DNA of 64,000 nucleotides from Oculina patagonica (Eukaryota): NCBI RefSeq assembly GCF_052425735.1, contig NC_135758.1, positions 19,406,001 to 19,470,000 of the forward strand, read 5' to 3'. Shown piece by piece: positions 52,412 to 64,000 of this stretch (position 1 is its first letter; each line of letters starts with the position of its first letter). The notes under the pieces were generated by a model. It saw only the letters and a program-made list of their open reading frames with translations, ran no database searches and was not told where the DNA came from. The position numbers and the translations under genes were made by a program.

Positions 52412-53525
52412 TCAGTTCTCCTGCAGGATGCTCAGCTCAATGTACTTGATTCCTTCTTTCTCTGGTGCGTGATGGCCATAAATCTCCAAAAACAGGCCGT
52501 TGTGGTGATTCAACTTGTTCTGGTAAACCATCTCCCTGCTGAAACCGCCGTCTAGTGGGACGAAACAGGTTCCCCACCGGTCAGACAGGCTCAGCTGGAT
52601 CTCGAACCTTCCTGGGTAAAACTGAGTCTCGGATGGTTTCGGGAGGGTAGGATCGCGGAAAGTATTACTCAAAGTTGTCCCACTGGGTCCTTCGTAACCA
52701 AAACATGGGGCATGATCATTGTAGTTGGTTTTATCAGCTGTAAACACACCAATAAAGCGTTGGCCATCAGAAACACCGAATGAGGGGTCACTGTCCGCTG
52801 AAGCAAATGTCGTTTCCAAACCAACCGCCATCTTGACGACAAGGTTGGCATTTGTATCGATGACTCCTGGCGGAATCAGTGGAACGATCATCAGTCGATA
52901 GTGATTGCTTGGAGCGCTGAGGAACGTGAGTAGTCGAGGAGTGATGGAATTACGGTGATGGATGAAGGTAGCAGCTGAAACAAGCTTCATAGGTGTGAAG
53001 AATTTGTAAAACACAAGCTGGATAAAATTAAACATATAAGTTACTCTTTCGGCGATTTATACATAAATCTGTTACTGATTGAGGCTTAGACTAGTCTTTT
53101 ACGGACTCTCGAATAGCGGCTAGTATCAAGGCAGACAGACAGATGTAACCTGCGATCAGGGGCATTGTATGTGCTCTATTCTCTACGGGGCTTGCGTATT
53201 TTCGCGCGACTAGCTCGGGAAAAGTATCCTGTTGGCAGAATATAAGCCTATTGACAAAAACAGCGAGAAATGCTAAAAATATTCTTTTGCTATTAGTTCA
53301 TTGTAGTTGAGAGTGTATTCGCGATTCATAATCGCTAGTTCAAGTGGTTTCTCTGACCAAAAAATCTCTCTTCTGACGGCTGTTGTAAGCGACTGCGAAC
53401 AAGGAAAAAAAGAGGTTCATAACGTTTACCTGTGGCTGTTTCTTTGATGTGTTTTCATCATTGAGATCGTGCGCCTGGGCCAGCGATACAGCAAACATCA
53501 ACAAAACTATTTTGATCAGTTTCAT
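52412..53525 (-). CDS. Secreted array protein, copy A3 (233 aa)
   Basis: Exon 1 53525-53430 MKLIKIVLLMFAVSLAQAHDLNDENTSKKQPQ (CAG|GTAAAC); exon 2 53017-52412 open; ATTAAA about 85 nt after the stop. Confidence 0.9.
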
Positions 53526-55165
53526 CTTTGAACTGAAGTTTTAGGACTGCTTCAATTTAAGAGATTAAAGCGATTTGAGCTCAAGGAACAACTGTATTGT
53601 AACATCGTTTGGAACATCACTGTATGAGATTTGACGACTCGAAAATTTTCGCGTCTGCGAGCCAGACCTATATTTACCCAATTTTCGAGTCGTCAAATCT
53701 CATACAGTGATGAATAAACATTGCAATCAGACAAGCAGACTGAACATCGATTTTGAAAATCATACTCTTTTAGGCAAAATGAACTGAAGCGTCATATCAA
53801 AACTCTTTACCGCATTTAGTCTGATTGAAGGCCTTTCATTTTATTTTTTTGGAAGATTTTCGATGCCATAACTATTTTTTTTAAAGAAATAAACAACAGT
53901 GAATTAACATATAAATCCACTACGCACAAACATGCATGTTTAATTTATTTTCAATTCAACCATGACTTTGGTGATATAGCAGTTACGTGGCATTTGCCGC
54001 TTTTGGACATTTTGCGGGGCATGTTTCGCAGTCCAAGATTACATCCACGAGCGTCATATTTTTTTTTTTTTTAAAAAGGAAAAAGAAACTTGTCGGACTA
54101 TCCGAAGACTAAAGGTTGTTTGCGCACCAAATATCCTTAAAGCAAATGTGCCGAATATTCAATCCCGGCTGGTTATCGAATTCTCAAGCTATTGTATCTG
54201 GGCCCACCAGCCTTTGGTCTTTAAAAGGAAAAACGACAGACAGTTGTAGTTATTTTTTAGCACTTCTGAGAGTAAAGTGAAAAATTTCAACAGTGCGCAG
54301 CTCGAGTCATTTGTCGAGTTATTCATTTCATCAGTTTCTTTTTTTCTTACGTTCCAGCCACGCGTGACGCTTTACATTCGTGCACGCACGTCTCGCAGCC
54401 GACACGCGTGACGCATTGACTTCGTCCTTGTCTCGCGGACTAAACAAAGCTAACCAATATCCCGACCCATAAGTTACTTTGGATGCCGTGCAAAAAAAGT
54501 AATTTACAACAACCGGTCAATCAAAGGCTTGCTTTATTTTCATTGTTTACCTAAAAATTCAACTTATATGCTATAATATTAAAATACTGCATTTGTTTAT
54601 GGAAACATTATAATTAAAGTTCATTAAAGCTCGTGGTTACCACATAAAAATAACATACTCTCAATTTTAATGGAAGCAGTTAGCAACCGTGAACAAATTT
54701 ATTTCGTACTTCTCTTTCATTCAAAATATAAAAATGACCTTTTCATATTTTACATTTAAAATTTATTTCTTCATTTCAATAGAAATATATTGATATCAAC
54801 TTTATGTATCATCTTTGTAAGTTTCTTTGCAAAATTATTTCTTTTAAATTCTTGCAAATATAAAATTGATCCTTCATTGAGGACCTTATTTAAAACTATT
54901 GTGACGTTTGGTATTGTATTGGTAGTAATGTACATGTAGAAATACAAAAATTCATTATTAAAATTATCTAAATTGTTACTCAAGTTATGTGTGATCAAAT
55001 TTGTGAATTGTTTCATGCTTAATACGTATATACACGCTTCCCACAAGAGATTCACATAGACAACAACTTTTTTGATCAGGTCTTGTCTTTGCCTGCATTT
55101 ATCCATTGGTCAATGCATCTCTTCATCCACCCCTCTGTTAATCTGTCCATTTGTCAGATTCCAAA

Positions 55166-58100
55166 TCAACTTTGATTTTCTTGAACTGAGGCAGAGGCTG
55201 GCTCTCCTTTTAAAGTTTTCAGTTCAGTCTGACAACAAAGAAACAATAATTATTAACGAACAATTCAAGTTACACCTCAGTTCCCAACATTGAAGGGTAC
55301 AGTAAGTTGTTGAAAGTTTGGAGTTTGAGCTCAAACCTAGTCAGACCACAATCCAGTCGGGGGTAGGGCTGCAACGATACACCGGTGCACCGGTGAATCA
55401 CTATTTTTATTGTCAAGATACGAATATCGATATTTGAACAAAATATCGCAGTATCGTAAAAAAATAAAATATCCTTCATCAACGTTCAGAAATTACTAAT
55501 TTTAATGACTTTTTACCCAAGTCAAAGCTCCCAATAGCGATTTATTAAACTGAGGGACAAGGAAGTTCCATTATGCTTCACTTCTGATCTCTTATTCTTT
55601 AAATATGCGACAAGTAGTTGTCGACTGTCACAGCCTTGTGTGCCCAGAAGCAAAAACATGCAGTCAATGAGAACTTCACTTTGCAAATACGTTTTCGCTG
55701 AAAAAGTGGAAAAAACTGCTAAAGTTACCAACAGAATTTAGTAAAATTATGCACTTGTCAGTTGTATGTAATGTTGTATCGTATCGTGGCGCTTGTATCG
55801 AGGTACATATCGTTTTGTGAGAAAATGTATCGTTGCAGCCCTAGTCGGGGGTGTGGGAGCAGGAGGGGTAAAAGTAAAGAGGACAGGAAGACTAAGGGAA
55901 GAGGCGGGGAAATGGGAAAATCCAGATAAAAATGTAGTAGTATAAAAATGTTTACACAGTACCTCGAGTTGTGCACACTTGGTTTTCAGCTGTTCAATTT
56001 CTTCTTTCAACTCACTATTTTCCTTCTCCAACACTTGAATCTTTCTTTCTGCTTGCATTTTCACTGACAGAACTATTCCTGTTGAGTCACAGAAACCTCA
56101 CACTTTATATAGATTATGGCATGTCTGGTGGACAATTTGTATGCTCTTGGGCAAGTTACCTAAAACATTTTATCAGAAAGAGTCCTGGGCAGTCAAAATG
56201 CTAAGGGGAAAACTAGCAATACTCATAGTCACTTACAATGTATAAGCCCTGCCTAATGATCTGCTGATTTGAGACACTCTTACTAGACAATCTAAAGGCT
56301 GATGAAAAGTCCTTTTAAGAATGTGCATCTTGGAAAATCTTAGTCATTAATTTCGTGGGTCTCATCATCTTGATTTTTTGTGACGTTGTCTTGGAGTCTC
56401 AATACCAAGAAAGTCTTGGTCTCACAGGAATGCTATTGGTATCCCCATCTCACTTGTAAAGTTTCAGATCAGACTATTTGCCTCCCCCAACCTATAAGTA
56501 TATATTTTATAATATCCCCCACCACACCTCGCTCACAAAATTGAACCACAGCAATTACATGTACACGCAAATCAGAATGATGTAGATTGTAAATCAGGTA
56601 TTACCATTGACAATTCTTGTGACTCGCCACAGTCGAAGGAGAACAATGAGACTAATTCCATCAATCGCTCCCTCCTTTCCACTGAAAAAAGAAAGTATCA
56701 TTAATTAGCATTACCATTTGCAGTCCCAAAAATATAGCAAAATTTATATCCATAGTTTAATAATAATTCAGGGGCACCCAACGGAATATTTCGTTAAAAT
56801 ATCTGTTCGGAAGACGATTTGAGATCTAGAATTTTCCGAACATTCATTGTAAATTTTGTTGCTTGCTTGCCTTTCCTAGGATTTTCGAATATCTAAAAAA
56901 TGGTATAATTGTTCATTTTTAACGGATTTTTTACTCTAAAAAGGTCACCTAGAATTTTCAGGAGCCTTTCTCTGGCTGGAATTTTCAAAAAGGTACGTTT
57001 TGATCCCTATAACTTTCGGATCACTAGACTTTCAGCTAGGAAATCCGAACAGATAAAAAAATTTTAGGGGATAAAAATATGCCTATATCTACCGTTTAAA
57101 TACTAAAATACTTTACATAATACTTAAATCTTTAAGTGGTTTTGAACTAATATTCTCGATGGGTGCCCCTGATAATTATACAGGTAAACTAACAGCACTT
57201 AACAATAGAACTATCTTTAGTTAACAAATGCAATTCACTCAAAAATGTAGGAATTTATTTAAACATACTAATTAATATAATATCCTTATAATACATGTAA
57301 GACTTATGTTATTGTAGTCTACAAACCTGAAGGCTACGTCCAAAGAGAATGATACTACTACTACAATCCCATCAAATACCTGGCAAATAATAAAGCAATA
57401 AAATTATGTTGAATCTTTAACTGAATCTACTTGGGAACCTAAAAACAAACTGTAAAATCATTGAAATGTATGTTCTATTACCACATGCATGAATTGTGAG
57501 TCATTCAATGTTTTTACTTTCGATAATCCGTTAAGGCATGAATTTACACCAACTCCTTTCTTCTGATCACAAAAGGTCTCACAAAATTGCCATTGCAATG
57601 TTTACCAATCGGATTCCTTTAGATAAGTTAGTAATTGAGTTGAGCAAATATACAAACCTCCATCTTGTGCTTAAAAAATGTGAGCCCCATTGCATAGATC
57701 TTCAGAAACAACTGCAGAAAAAGAAGGGTCACTCGTGAGGAAATATAGTATCACCATCATACTACTGTAAGTTCAAATTGGCGGTTTGGATCGATCAGGC
57801 ACAAAATCTTTAAAGCCAGCTGGTAAGCCCACTCCTTTATCTTAATATTATTATAAAGTTATTGTGGTGCATAAATTTAATTCTCAATGCGCTAGGAGTT
57901 CATCAGGTATATTAAATGACAATTTGCCAGAAAAAGCACCTGTTCCTTAAGTGAAAGGGTCTATGTCACTGATTTTAACAGATTTTTGAACAGCGAAATT
58001 TTTTTTTAATTTTTGTCGTAGGAAACTTAAATGGTCCATTTTTATTATGAAATATCAGTAATATTGCTATTTAAGAGCACTAAAATTGTTTAAAAGTGCG

Positions 58101-60402
58101 TTTGGCTGCAGATCAAAAATCTGCGACCTCCCTGTGACATACAATTGTAGTCCCTTTAATTCCATTCTTGTTCATGAGGCAAAGCTGAAAAGGAAGACAA
58201 AGCAAAGAATAAAATACCTCAATCATGAAGATTGACAGAATGCCAATACTGATGTAATGCAGGACATGCGGTGCAGGGTTGTCATGGTGAACTGAAACAA
58301 ACATAAAAATTAATTTAACATCGGAATGAACATACTGGACAAGAAACTTGACTCTCATAGTGCCTTTATCTCCATCCAGGAGTACATGTATAAATATGGG
58401 CACCAGCAAATTGAACTATTGGCCAGGGATATTTTTTTATAAAAAAGGGCAGCCTTGAGCCAAGAGGCACGTACTGCCAGGTTTCGATAGCATTAAGCAG
58501 CTAGGGAATAAAAAATTTCTACTCCCCCTGGATGGGATGCTTAAGTCCATCACGGCGTACCCCCCCCCAGCATTATTTCGCCGGTACCCATTTATACACC
58601 TAGGTGGAGAGAGGCACTATGAGAGTAAAGTGTCTTGCCCAAGAACACGACACAGTGACAAAAAATGTCTGCTCCAGAGTCCAGCGTGCTAACCACTAGG
58701 CCACTGCGCCTCCCAAACTGTTGGTATATTTAGGCCTCACTTAAAATGCTAGGAGTTTCCAGTGATGCTCTAGCATCCTCAAGAAGTGGAAGGGGGACAG
58801 GGGGCAAGAGCCCGGGAGAAAAGGGGCGGGAGGTGGAAGAAGAGAGGACAGGAAGTGGGATTCCTAGGGTGACACCAAACCGGGAGAAAACAAGTAAAAT
58901 GTCGCAATATTTTGTTATATTTTGCAATAGATATAGGACAAATAGGAGGGAACCACTACAGACAGAGGCAAGAAGTAAAAGGTACGGCAGGCGAGAGGTT
59001 CAGATCCCCTGTACCCCCCCCCAAGAGAAACACATACAGTATTTCAAGATCAAAAAAAAGGAACATTACATGTAGGTCTTTTCTCAGGTAGAAGTTAATT
59101 GCAGGCCATGCATGCATGAATTGTACAAATTTTACACTTTATTTCAGCCCACCTTTGCAGCCCTTTAGAATAGAGGGAAAACTCAGTGACTGACTTCTGT
59201 TACACGATCCTAAAAACCATCAAAAAACAAAATGGTGCCTCCCACCTTCAATTGCTTTTAAGTCCAGAAGTAATTCTGCAACAACAATGATCATATCTAG
59301 AACAACCAATGCTATGATGGTATATTGCGCCTTCCGACTGTGAAGTATTTCACAGAGTTGTTCTCTGTGACCACCAACTGGCCTAGAAAATGAAAATCAT
59401 AAAAGGTAATGAGTGGACCTATAACACCTGAATGTCTTTAAAATACGAATTTGAATAACGGTTCAATTGTAGATTATGGCTGCAAGGGCTGTTCCCTTTG
59501 CTCATCATAATTTTATTATCTTATCATTCTTACATCAACTTTTTAGCTAAATTTAAATTATTAGATTAGTATGATTCGGCATATGACAAGGGCAGTCGCT
59601 CTTCTATTTATAAACTGATGAAATTCTATATAGTTTTTAATACTTTTAATTGTCACTTTTAGTATCTTTTTATCTTGTTTTTCCAAATTAGTAAGGGAAT
59701 CTTCTCTAGCTATGTGGTTGTGACACACTAATAAAGTTTTTCATTCAACAGTCAATATAACTATTTCCAAGTTTACTTTTACTCTTTCCCTCAATTGTGT
59801 GGTTCCAGAAAATATCCATACCCCCCATGGAAGGGATTTGCCCTATGCCGGACCCCCCTCCCACCCCTCTGGAAATTCCAATTTAGCTTCATACATTGCT
59901 TGACCCCCCCCCCCACCCCCCTCCTCCCCAGAATTTCCAATCCCTTCTGTGGGGGGAGTATGGATATTTTTTGGAACCACACATTTGTTGATTTAGTGTT
60001 AACATTTTTTAAGTCTGTGATGGTAACCCTGGAAATGAAAGCTAATTGAGAAGTACATTCATGGAAACTGTTCAGTTTTACTATACATTATCAGGTGGCT
60101 CTAAGTGTTGAATCTTTGTATGACCATAGTTAGTAGAGGGTATGACCATTTCAGTGAAAACTATTGAGCATCAGCACTAATATCTGGTACAATGCTTGCT
60201 ATTTTACAAATTAAATGAAGTTTAAATTTGACAGTAAAGCACTTCTAAACAGAAACTACAAAAATTATCACCTTTCGCTGTCATCTTCTGTTAGATTCAC
60301 TGTGCTTTCTGTCACTGCTGTGCTATCAGTAGCTTGTTCCATCTCGTTTAGGTCGGGGATCGTTTCATCGTCAACAAGTCTTTGATCATCAGGTTCTTGC
60401 AT
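55166..60402 (-). CDS. HVCN1: Voltage-gated proton channel Hv1 (234 aa, 8 exons)
   Basis: Exons 60402-60272, 59382-59246, 58291-58218, 57711-57658, 57379-57327, 56681-56605, 56078-55963 and 55228-55166 (705 nt, GT-AG, phases consistent). S1 IIALVVLDMIIVVAELLLDLK has the selectivity Asp; S4 LLRLWRVTRIVNG has the RxWRxxR signature; C-terminal coiled coil; no pore domain. Confidence 0.95.
56769..57171. mobile_element. Intronic MITE
   Basis: CAGGGGCACCCA...TGGGTGCCCCTG termini; ATAATT on both flanks. Confidence 0.75.
58462..58714 (-). mobile_element. tRNA-headed SINE-like repeat, internally deleted
   Basis: Minus strand begins GGGAGGCGCAGTGGCCTAGTGGTTAGCACGCTGGACT (tRNA-like, box A). The body resembles a common anthozoan SINE (from memory, not searched). 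Confidence 0.65.
59796..59983. mobile_element. Short MITE
   Basis: TGTGTGGTTCCAGAAAATATCCATAC...GTATGGATATTTTTTGGAACCACACA. Confidence 0.8.
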
Positions 60403-60790
60403 CGATGAAGCTCACTCGTGCATGTGATTTGTGTCACACAACAAGTCCTTTACCCGGAAGTGCTCCAATACGTTAAAATTCTGGACAATTCATTGCCTAA
60501 AGCTTGTTACTAGAGGTTGTTCTTTGTGAACCAAGCAACAAGGGCAAATGAAGTAATCCAATACCTTTACTGCATCGCTTGAAAATCCTTCAAAACCTTC
60601 AAATTAGAAATTAGCAAGGCGTTCCTATCAGCCTTTGCAGGGAAGTCTGGGTACCACTTTGTCACGGCGCCTAAAAACAAACATGGCGGACAGAGGCGGA
60701 GTTTTCGATCCTGCTTGGTTTTGAACTGAAAACTCGGCATGTTGGCGGTATAATTCCCCAGTGAATAATCCTTGCAGTTTTAATCCAGAA
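60403..60790. promoter_or_regulatory. Probable bidirectional promoter between HVCN1 and EXOC5
   Basis: Divergent ATGs 388 bp apart; ETS-like CCGGAAGTG (~60454) and YY1-like AACATGGCGG (~60680). Confidence 0.6.
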
Positions 60791-63700
60791 ATGGCTACAT
60801 TTGAGGAGTTCGAGGTATGTAATGTTTTGATTTAGTGTGGCGTTTAAGAGCATAAACTTGACTTTCTCTCCCTGTCATTTTAAAATCTTGCTTGAAGGAA
60901 ATAAAACCTTAAACTTCTTTTTTTAGAGCTTTTAAAGTTGTACGTCTAGTAATGAAAATATTCGTCCAACATATTTATACATGTATATAAACAATCCAAT
61001 GTAAACTTATTATATCTATACGACAAATTTTGTAAGAGTCATAGAGCAGTATAGGGCCTTTACTTTTTCAATATTATTTTTAGTATTTCCGTTCCCAAAT
61101 AAGCACGCCCAAAATTAATAAGTACACTTTTCAAGGGGCTTCATCGATATGGCTAGCTCAATGAGCAGACGATTTGAAACGAGTCATCTGCCCAGGTAGT
61201 TGCCCGGCAAGGGGATGTTGAACCTTCGATTTGACTGATACATGTACATTAGTTAAGCCTCTTAGTCAAGGGACAACTGTGTAATAATGGATTTTTCAAA
61301 TATTACAGGCTGTTTTTGGTGGACCAGAAAGCAAAAGGGACAGGGGATTTGAAATGCTATGGGTGATAACGTTAATGTAATAACTGCTTAAAATCCTAAT
61401 GACAGCCCTGCTGTACATTAAATGTCTATCGAGTTTGAGAAATTTGATCCTATTCTTTCATTATTTAGGGGGAATTTGATGCCCATGAATATGTGGAGCG
61501 TCTGGCGAGCACAGTGGTTGGTGGAGGATCAAAGGGTGGAGCCGATGCTTTTGACCCTAAAACTTTGTCAGATGTTTTTGAAAAAACCATTAAGGAACTA
61601 ACAGCTTTAGATGAAAAGATGCAAGGTAGAATTAACAAACTTGAAGAACTCTGTGCTAAAGAACAAGAAGAACATAAGCAGAAGACCAAAGAACTGGAAA
61701 CAACTTATAAGGTACAGTAATGTAACATACAATCACGTATACAGTCATGCATGTGTGTTTCTTTGGGAGGGGGGGAATGGTGCAAGCTAGGGTGACCAAT
61801 ATGAAAAACAGACGTAGCATTGTATTTTAAGATGTATTTGCAGGCTTTTTTGTAAGTTCTGCTGTACCTGCTTAGTTAGAATAAATTTACGTATAATTTA
61901 ATGAAATGATGTGGCAAAAGTGTGCAGTTCCAGAAAAAAAATCCAACCCACCCCATGGAAGGTCATTACAAATTCTGATGGGGTGGGGGGTCTCAATAGC
62001 CAAATTTTTAAAAGGAAAGTATGAAGCTTAACTGAAATATCCAGAGGGTTGGGGGGGGGGGAGGGCAAACCAAAAAACCTTCTGTGGGAGGGGTATGGAT
62101 ATTTTCTGGAACAACACTATGTAATTATATTTACTCATGTTACACAGAAGAGCTCAGTGGCTACTAAAGAGTTACCAATCCTGAAAAACAGAGAGCTGAT
62201 AAACATTAAATGACTAAGAATACTGATTTACATGTTCTTTTCTATTGTTATTTTCTCTTTCCATCTGTAGTCTGCTACTGGCCTTTTCCAAGAGCTAGAT
62301 GATAGAATCAATTATGTTGCCACCAAAGTTGTTCACTTGGGAGACCAGTTAGAGGGAATCAACACTCCACGGTCACGCGCCATTGAGGCTCAGGAACTCA
62401 TGAAGTACTTTGATGAGTTTGCCACTGGAAAGCTAGTTTCAAGTGTTTTTACAAGCCAATTTCAGGTATGCATGGCATTTGCTCGTCTACTCCAGGGTTG
62501 GGAGAACTGCCCTAAGATCAAGTAAAATCACATGCCTAAGAATTAGCAAGAGAACTCAGAGCTAGCTGTGGGTCCAGGGAGTTGTAAGGAGGACCAGATA
62601 AAATTCTGAGGTGGAGCAGGATCCTATCCAGGGTGCCGAGGTTGGGTAAGGGTGGGGGGGGGGGGGTGTGATAACTATTACAGTGTACGTACAAACCCAG
62701 CCAAAATTCCAGTAATTCTGCTACAGAATTGAATAGAACAGAACATTAATGTATGTATGTGTAAAAAGTTTGCTTCAAAAATACTGTACATGTACAAGTA
62801 TGTTTGAACACAGAAATAGTTCTGTGACAAAGAATAAATTATTAATATTTGCAGAAGGTATCATTCAACAACTAAAGAAGAATTTTTGAAGAGTTGTTTT
62901 AAAAATGCACAGTCATGAACCAATCCATAACTGACTACAATCCAGTAAATGTTACATTGTTTTTGTTTCAATAATCGCAATTATTATGTTATTGTAGATT
63001 CACGAAGCTGCAAATATCATACAGAAGTTGTCCCTTATTGCTCAAGAACTTCCTTCAGAAAGGTATGACTATTCAAAAGGACAAAAAATTCACTGTTTTC
63101 TTAATTTCACTGAAGTTATAACTACACATAATTTTATATTGTGAAATAAAATGACAACACTTCATCTGACTTTGTTTTGGTTCAAGGTTTGGAATTGTTA
63201 AAGAGAGAATCAAAGGTAAGTATTTTTTGACACACCATTGACGTCCAAATAAAGCAAGCAGCTTACATTAGATTTTAATTATAAAAAATAGCTTTTAAGG
63301 GTTTTTTTTTATTGCCTCAAATATAATAGGCCCTTTACATTTTGTGTAAAGTTTGTTTTTTTAATTTCATAAGTATTGTTATGCTGCAGTGCTCCATGTT
63401 CGATTTCACCAAGGTGAAAATTGTTTTAAGTTGCAAAGTATCCCATCCAAATATAAACCAATTGCAATTCTTTGAGTGTTTTTAATGAAACAATTATTAC
63501 ACTTGCATATGTTGGATGTGAGATCGTTATAGCCGACTTGGTGCGACTATCTACCATGTCATATCCAACTCATGCTTGTGGAATAATTGTTAATAATATC
63601 ATTCTACATGTATATATATGTAATCTGTATTACATAATCTGTAATCTGTATCTAGTGTAATCTGTATCTATACTTATAAAGTCAACTCTTGTACCCTGCC

Positions 63701-63935
63701 CATCTTTCAGTTTATAGTGTTTATATTACATTGTTTTAACATATTCGAAGGATTTGTAGGAGCTTTATATGACAAACTTTTTTGTAAGTAAGTGTATTTA
63801 TTTTGCCATTCATCCGTACATGCAGAGTGCCATGATCGAGTGGAAGAGGCTCTGATTGAAGAATTTGAAGATGCCCATCACCAGGGGAGTATCACAAGGA
63901 TGAGGAGCTGTGCCGAGACCTTACTTCCATTCAAG
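60791..63935 (+). CDS. EXOC5: Exocyst complex component 5 (Sec10), 5' part; runs off the window
   Basis: Exons 60791-60814, 61469-61711, 62271-62465, 62998-63062, 63187-63215 and 63826-63935. EYVERL..GGGSKGGADAFDPK and FQELDDRINYVATKVVHLGDQLEGINTPRSRAIEAQELMKYF match the EXOC5 N-terminus. Confidence 0.95.
61921..62117. mobile_element. Short MITE, related to 59796-59983
   Basis: TGTGCAGTTCCAGAAAA...TATGGATATTTTCTGGAACAACAC. Confidence 0.7.
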
Positions 63936-64000
63936 GTTCATGTATTGAGCCATCTGTCATAGTGTACTGTTACAACTAGACATACATTCAAAAAAAAAAT

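Noticed and set aside
11499-53525. DGR- or RAG/RSS-type programmed diversification of the array
   Set aside because: No reverse transcriptase in the window, variation is not limited to adenines, and I saw no CACAGTG/ACAAAAACC signals flanking the cores.
58670-58714. tRNA gene
   Set aside because: Only a SINE head; no T-arm/box B or complete cloverleaf.
58730-59075. ORFs within HVCN1 intron 2
   Set aside because: Low-complexity purine-rich repeat sequence with no recognisable domain or splice support.

Overview
AT-rich, intron-containing eukaryotic DNA. A stony coral/anthozoan origin is inferred from the Hv1/EXOC5 sequences and the repeat types, not from a database search. 1-11.0 kb is a nest of non-autonomous terminal-inverted-repeat (TIR) elements and tandem repeats. 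11.5-53.5 kb is a minus-strand tandem array of 8 copies plus 1 fragment of an uncharacterised ~200-aa, single-exon, two-Cys, probably beta-rich domain. Reading past the ORF track shows three unrelated signal-peptide leader types (A: one exon, B: two exons, C: one exon), all joined to the core exon in phase 0. The core exons have nearly invariant frameworks interrupted by short hypervariable segments that are shared between copies in mosaic fashion. This looks like a diversifying secreted recognition/effector family under birth-and-death evolution and gene conversion, and is the main candidate for an undescribed system. The array also holds a decayed two-gene PIF/Harbinger-superfamily transposon (27-31.7 kb), many MITEs and a ~200-bp satellite. 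55.2-60.4 kb is a complete 8-exon voltage-gated proton channel gene (Hv1/HVCN1, minus strand), head-to-head with the 5' part of EXOC5/Sec10 (plus strand). All exon models were derived by eye and need transcript confirmation.
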